DNA of 64,000 bases from Phoronis australis (lineage: Eukaryota; Animalia; Phoronida). This document shows positions 61,783 to 64,000 of the stretch, one piece after another. How positions within the stretch are numbered: the first letter of the stretch is position 1; each line of letters starts with the position of its first letter. Below the pieces are notes generated by a model. It was given only the letters and a program-made list of their open reading frames with translations, was not told the DNA's origin and did no database searches. The stretch lies in assembly GCA_002633005.1 (NCBI GenBank), contig NMRA01000520.1, positions 129,559 through 193,558 on the forward strand, in the 5' to 3' direction. A program made the translations under genes and the position numbers.

Positions 61783-62820
61783 AAACAAGACAATCGTTGT
61801 CACATTCTTGCCAAATTCCATACATCAAGGAACTTGGTTGATACAGAACCGCTAGAGGACGCATCAGCACTCAGACATGTCCTAAAATTTGTGCCGGGCA
61901 TATTCTCCTCAATAATGTAACACATACATCAAATTGCACCCAGATTCATCAACAGAACGTTGTAAATATTGCAGCGCAGATAAATAAACAAATTGCCACT
62001 CCGGGCGTCTCGGTGATTGCACCCATCAGAAAACCTGTCAGTCGTGATCATCTCAATAGGAACACTTGAGCAAAATTTCAGAACTATCCTCCGAGCAGTT
62101 TCAAGGACATAGAGGCTGCTGCCAGAAATAATAATATTAATAGCACAGAATATTTTAAATCCAGCCGGAAATAGCAGTTTGTTGTCGTTTCCTCAACAAA
62201 AACAAATATACCATATTGCCCGAAAATACATTAAGAAACTTGGTAGATATAGAGGCACACATAAAAAACCTAAATTGGCCTTAAGCAGTGCTGTAGTGGC
62301 GCGTAGACATAGGTAGGCGCAACCAACCACCTTTTGGCATTTCAGCGTAGTGCCTACGCACCATAAGTTACACTCAGTGCTCAAGGTGATACGGTGGGCT
62401 TTGGGCGCCTACTCACCTTTAGTTTTACCCCTATAGCACTGCCATTAAAGGGCACCATAGGAGATCATCCAATCAACAATCAGTGTCAGTCGTGCTCATC
62501 TCAATGGCAACGTTTCTGTACACATTGAATAGATACGCTAAGAAGTAGGAAAATGTGGCTGTCTCCATAACTGACACTGATGTGCAAAATTTGATGAAAA
62601 TCAGTCAAGGAACTTGCTAGATAAAGAGACTAACATGAAGAAGTAAAGTTGCCATTAGGGGCACAGTGGTAGTCAAGTACATCCCAAAACTCTCTTTTGC
62701 ATCTCTTGTAAAATTTCAAATTCACCAAGGATTTGGAGATGCAGCTCAGCAGATGCCAGACAAAAAGACCAGGATGACGGCATAATGGGCCTACACACGC
62801 ATGCTTGCAAACAGTCATAC
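61783..62820 (-). mobile_element. Degenerate HINE-like element related to 52620-53702
   Basis: The minus strand reads cattatgccgtcatc near 62780 (same as 52652) and ends tcttgttt at 61783-61790; boundaries approximate. Confidence 0.4.
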
Positions 62821-64000
62821 AGAACACGGCAAAAGTAATCAGACACTATAAATCTTTGCCCCACCTGATAGCTAGTCCTGTTAATGAAAAAAATGACTGG
62901 TAATAACTATTACCACAGCTTATTAGACAGCTTATTACAGAATGTCTTAGCCACCATACCAACTTTCCTGTTTCCCTTCATTTTCAGTCACAAGGGAAGA
63001 CCACTTTGACCACGAATTCTACTTTTGCCCCAGTTGTCATGGCAAGGAATTCCGGGTTATTTTGTCAGGATACGTTTGGCTTGAACTGTATATTAATGTA
63101 TACATTCAAATAACCTGGAAATGACAGTTAAAGGGACACCTGGCGTAAGAAGAAATCTCACAGAAAATGTCAAGGAATCAAACTCACTAGCAACATTACT
63201 TCATAGCAATAGACACACCATAAGGTGCACAACAAGAATACAGTAACAATGATGATTACGATCTACATGGATACTGCTCAAGATATATTCAAACAGCAGT
63301 TCTATGATTGTGTCATGCAGTTCTCGTTTGTTGAGAACATCTCATTGGATAGCTTTTTTGACCAGTTGTCATGCCTTCGTTGAACGCATCAGTCAAAAAC
63401 ATCTTTACGCTTTCAGTCATTATTTCAGACCTTTATGCTGTCTTCAGAGCCCACCCCATTGTGCTGTATGACTCTCCTGCTGTTTGGGTACTAGGTGTTT
63501 GCATTTTACACCTGCAAATGTAAAACTAAATAAGAAAGTATATGTTACCTATTCCATTGGCAGGAAACCAAAACAACAATTGCCAAACACTCGTGAACAC
63601 CACTCATACACCTAATTGTATGCTGATTCCTGTTCACACAAATCAAACACAGCTTTTGCAACCAATAATCAGTTCAAAAACTCCCGTGTCTAAGAATCGT
63701 GTGCATGACTTAGGGAAGAGTGTGTGAGGAGCGTTTAAAGGTAACAAAGCTGGATGCAACAGCAGGAGCCATGCTTTTTGGATGGGTAGCCATGTTTTGT
63801 TAATTCACAAAATGAGCTTACAAAATCCAAATGCTGTGGTCATAAGTGAGAGAGTTGTGCTGTTTGAGTGGTCTGATTGATACATTACTCCACGCCAAAA
63901 AATCCAGCCTACATTTGTGCGAATGTCCAAGCCACGGCTGCATAGGCTGTTGAGTAGCATGTTCCACAAAAGCTTCACTTTTTGTTGGGTTGTAATATAG

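Overview
AT-rich, intron-rich animal genomic DNA, probably from a marine invertebrate; this is not prokaryotic sequence. The window holds one complete minus-strand CLCA-family gene (calcium-activated chloride channel regulator / zinc metalloprotease). I reconstructed it by hand as 15 phase-consistent coding exons (54615 to 10285, 2877 nt, 958 aa): signal peptide, HExxH catalytic domain, Cys-rich domain, VWA with MIDAS, beta-rich region, FN3 and a C-terminal transmembrane helix. Most of these exons are absent from the ORF track. A tandem paralog begins at 1428 and runs off the left edge, with two exons visible. Introns and intergenic DNA are packed with decayed mobile elements. Intron 1 contains a nest of LINE > Sola-type DNA transposon > solo LTR, next to a rearranged Penelope-like element carrying a Helentron-associated (HINE/DINE-like) insert. 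Elsewhere there are a convergent THAP + SAP ISL2EU-like transposon, a TTAA-flanked Kolobok-like element containing a DIRS-type tyrosine-recombinase retroelement, further HINEs, MITEs and microsatellites. I found no convincing novel multi-gene system. All calls were read by eye, without database searches.
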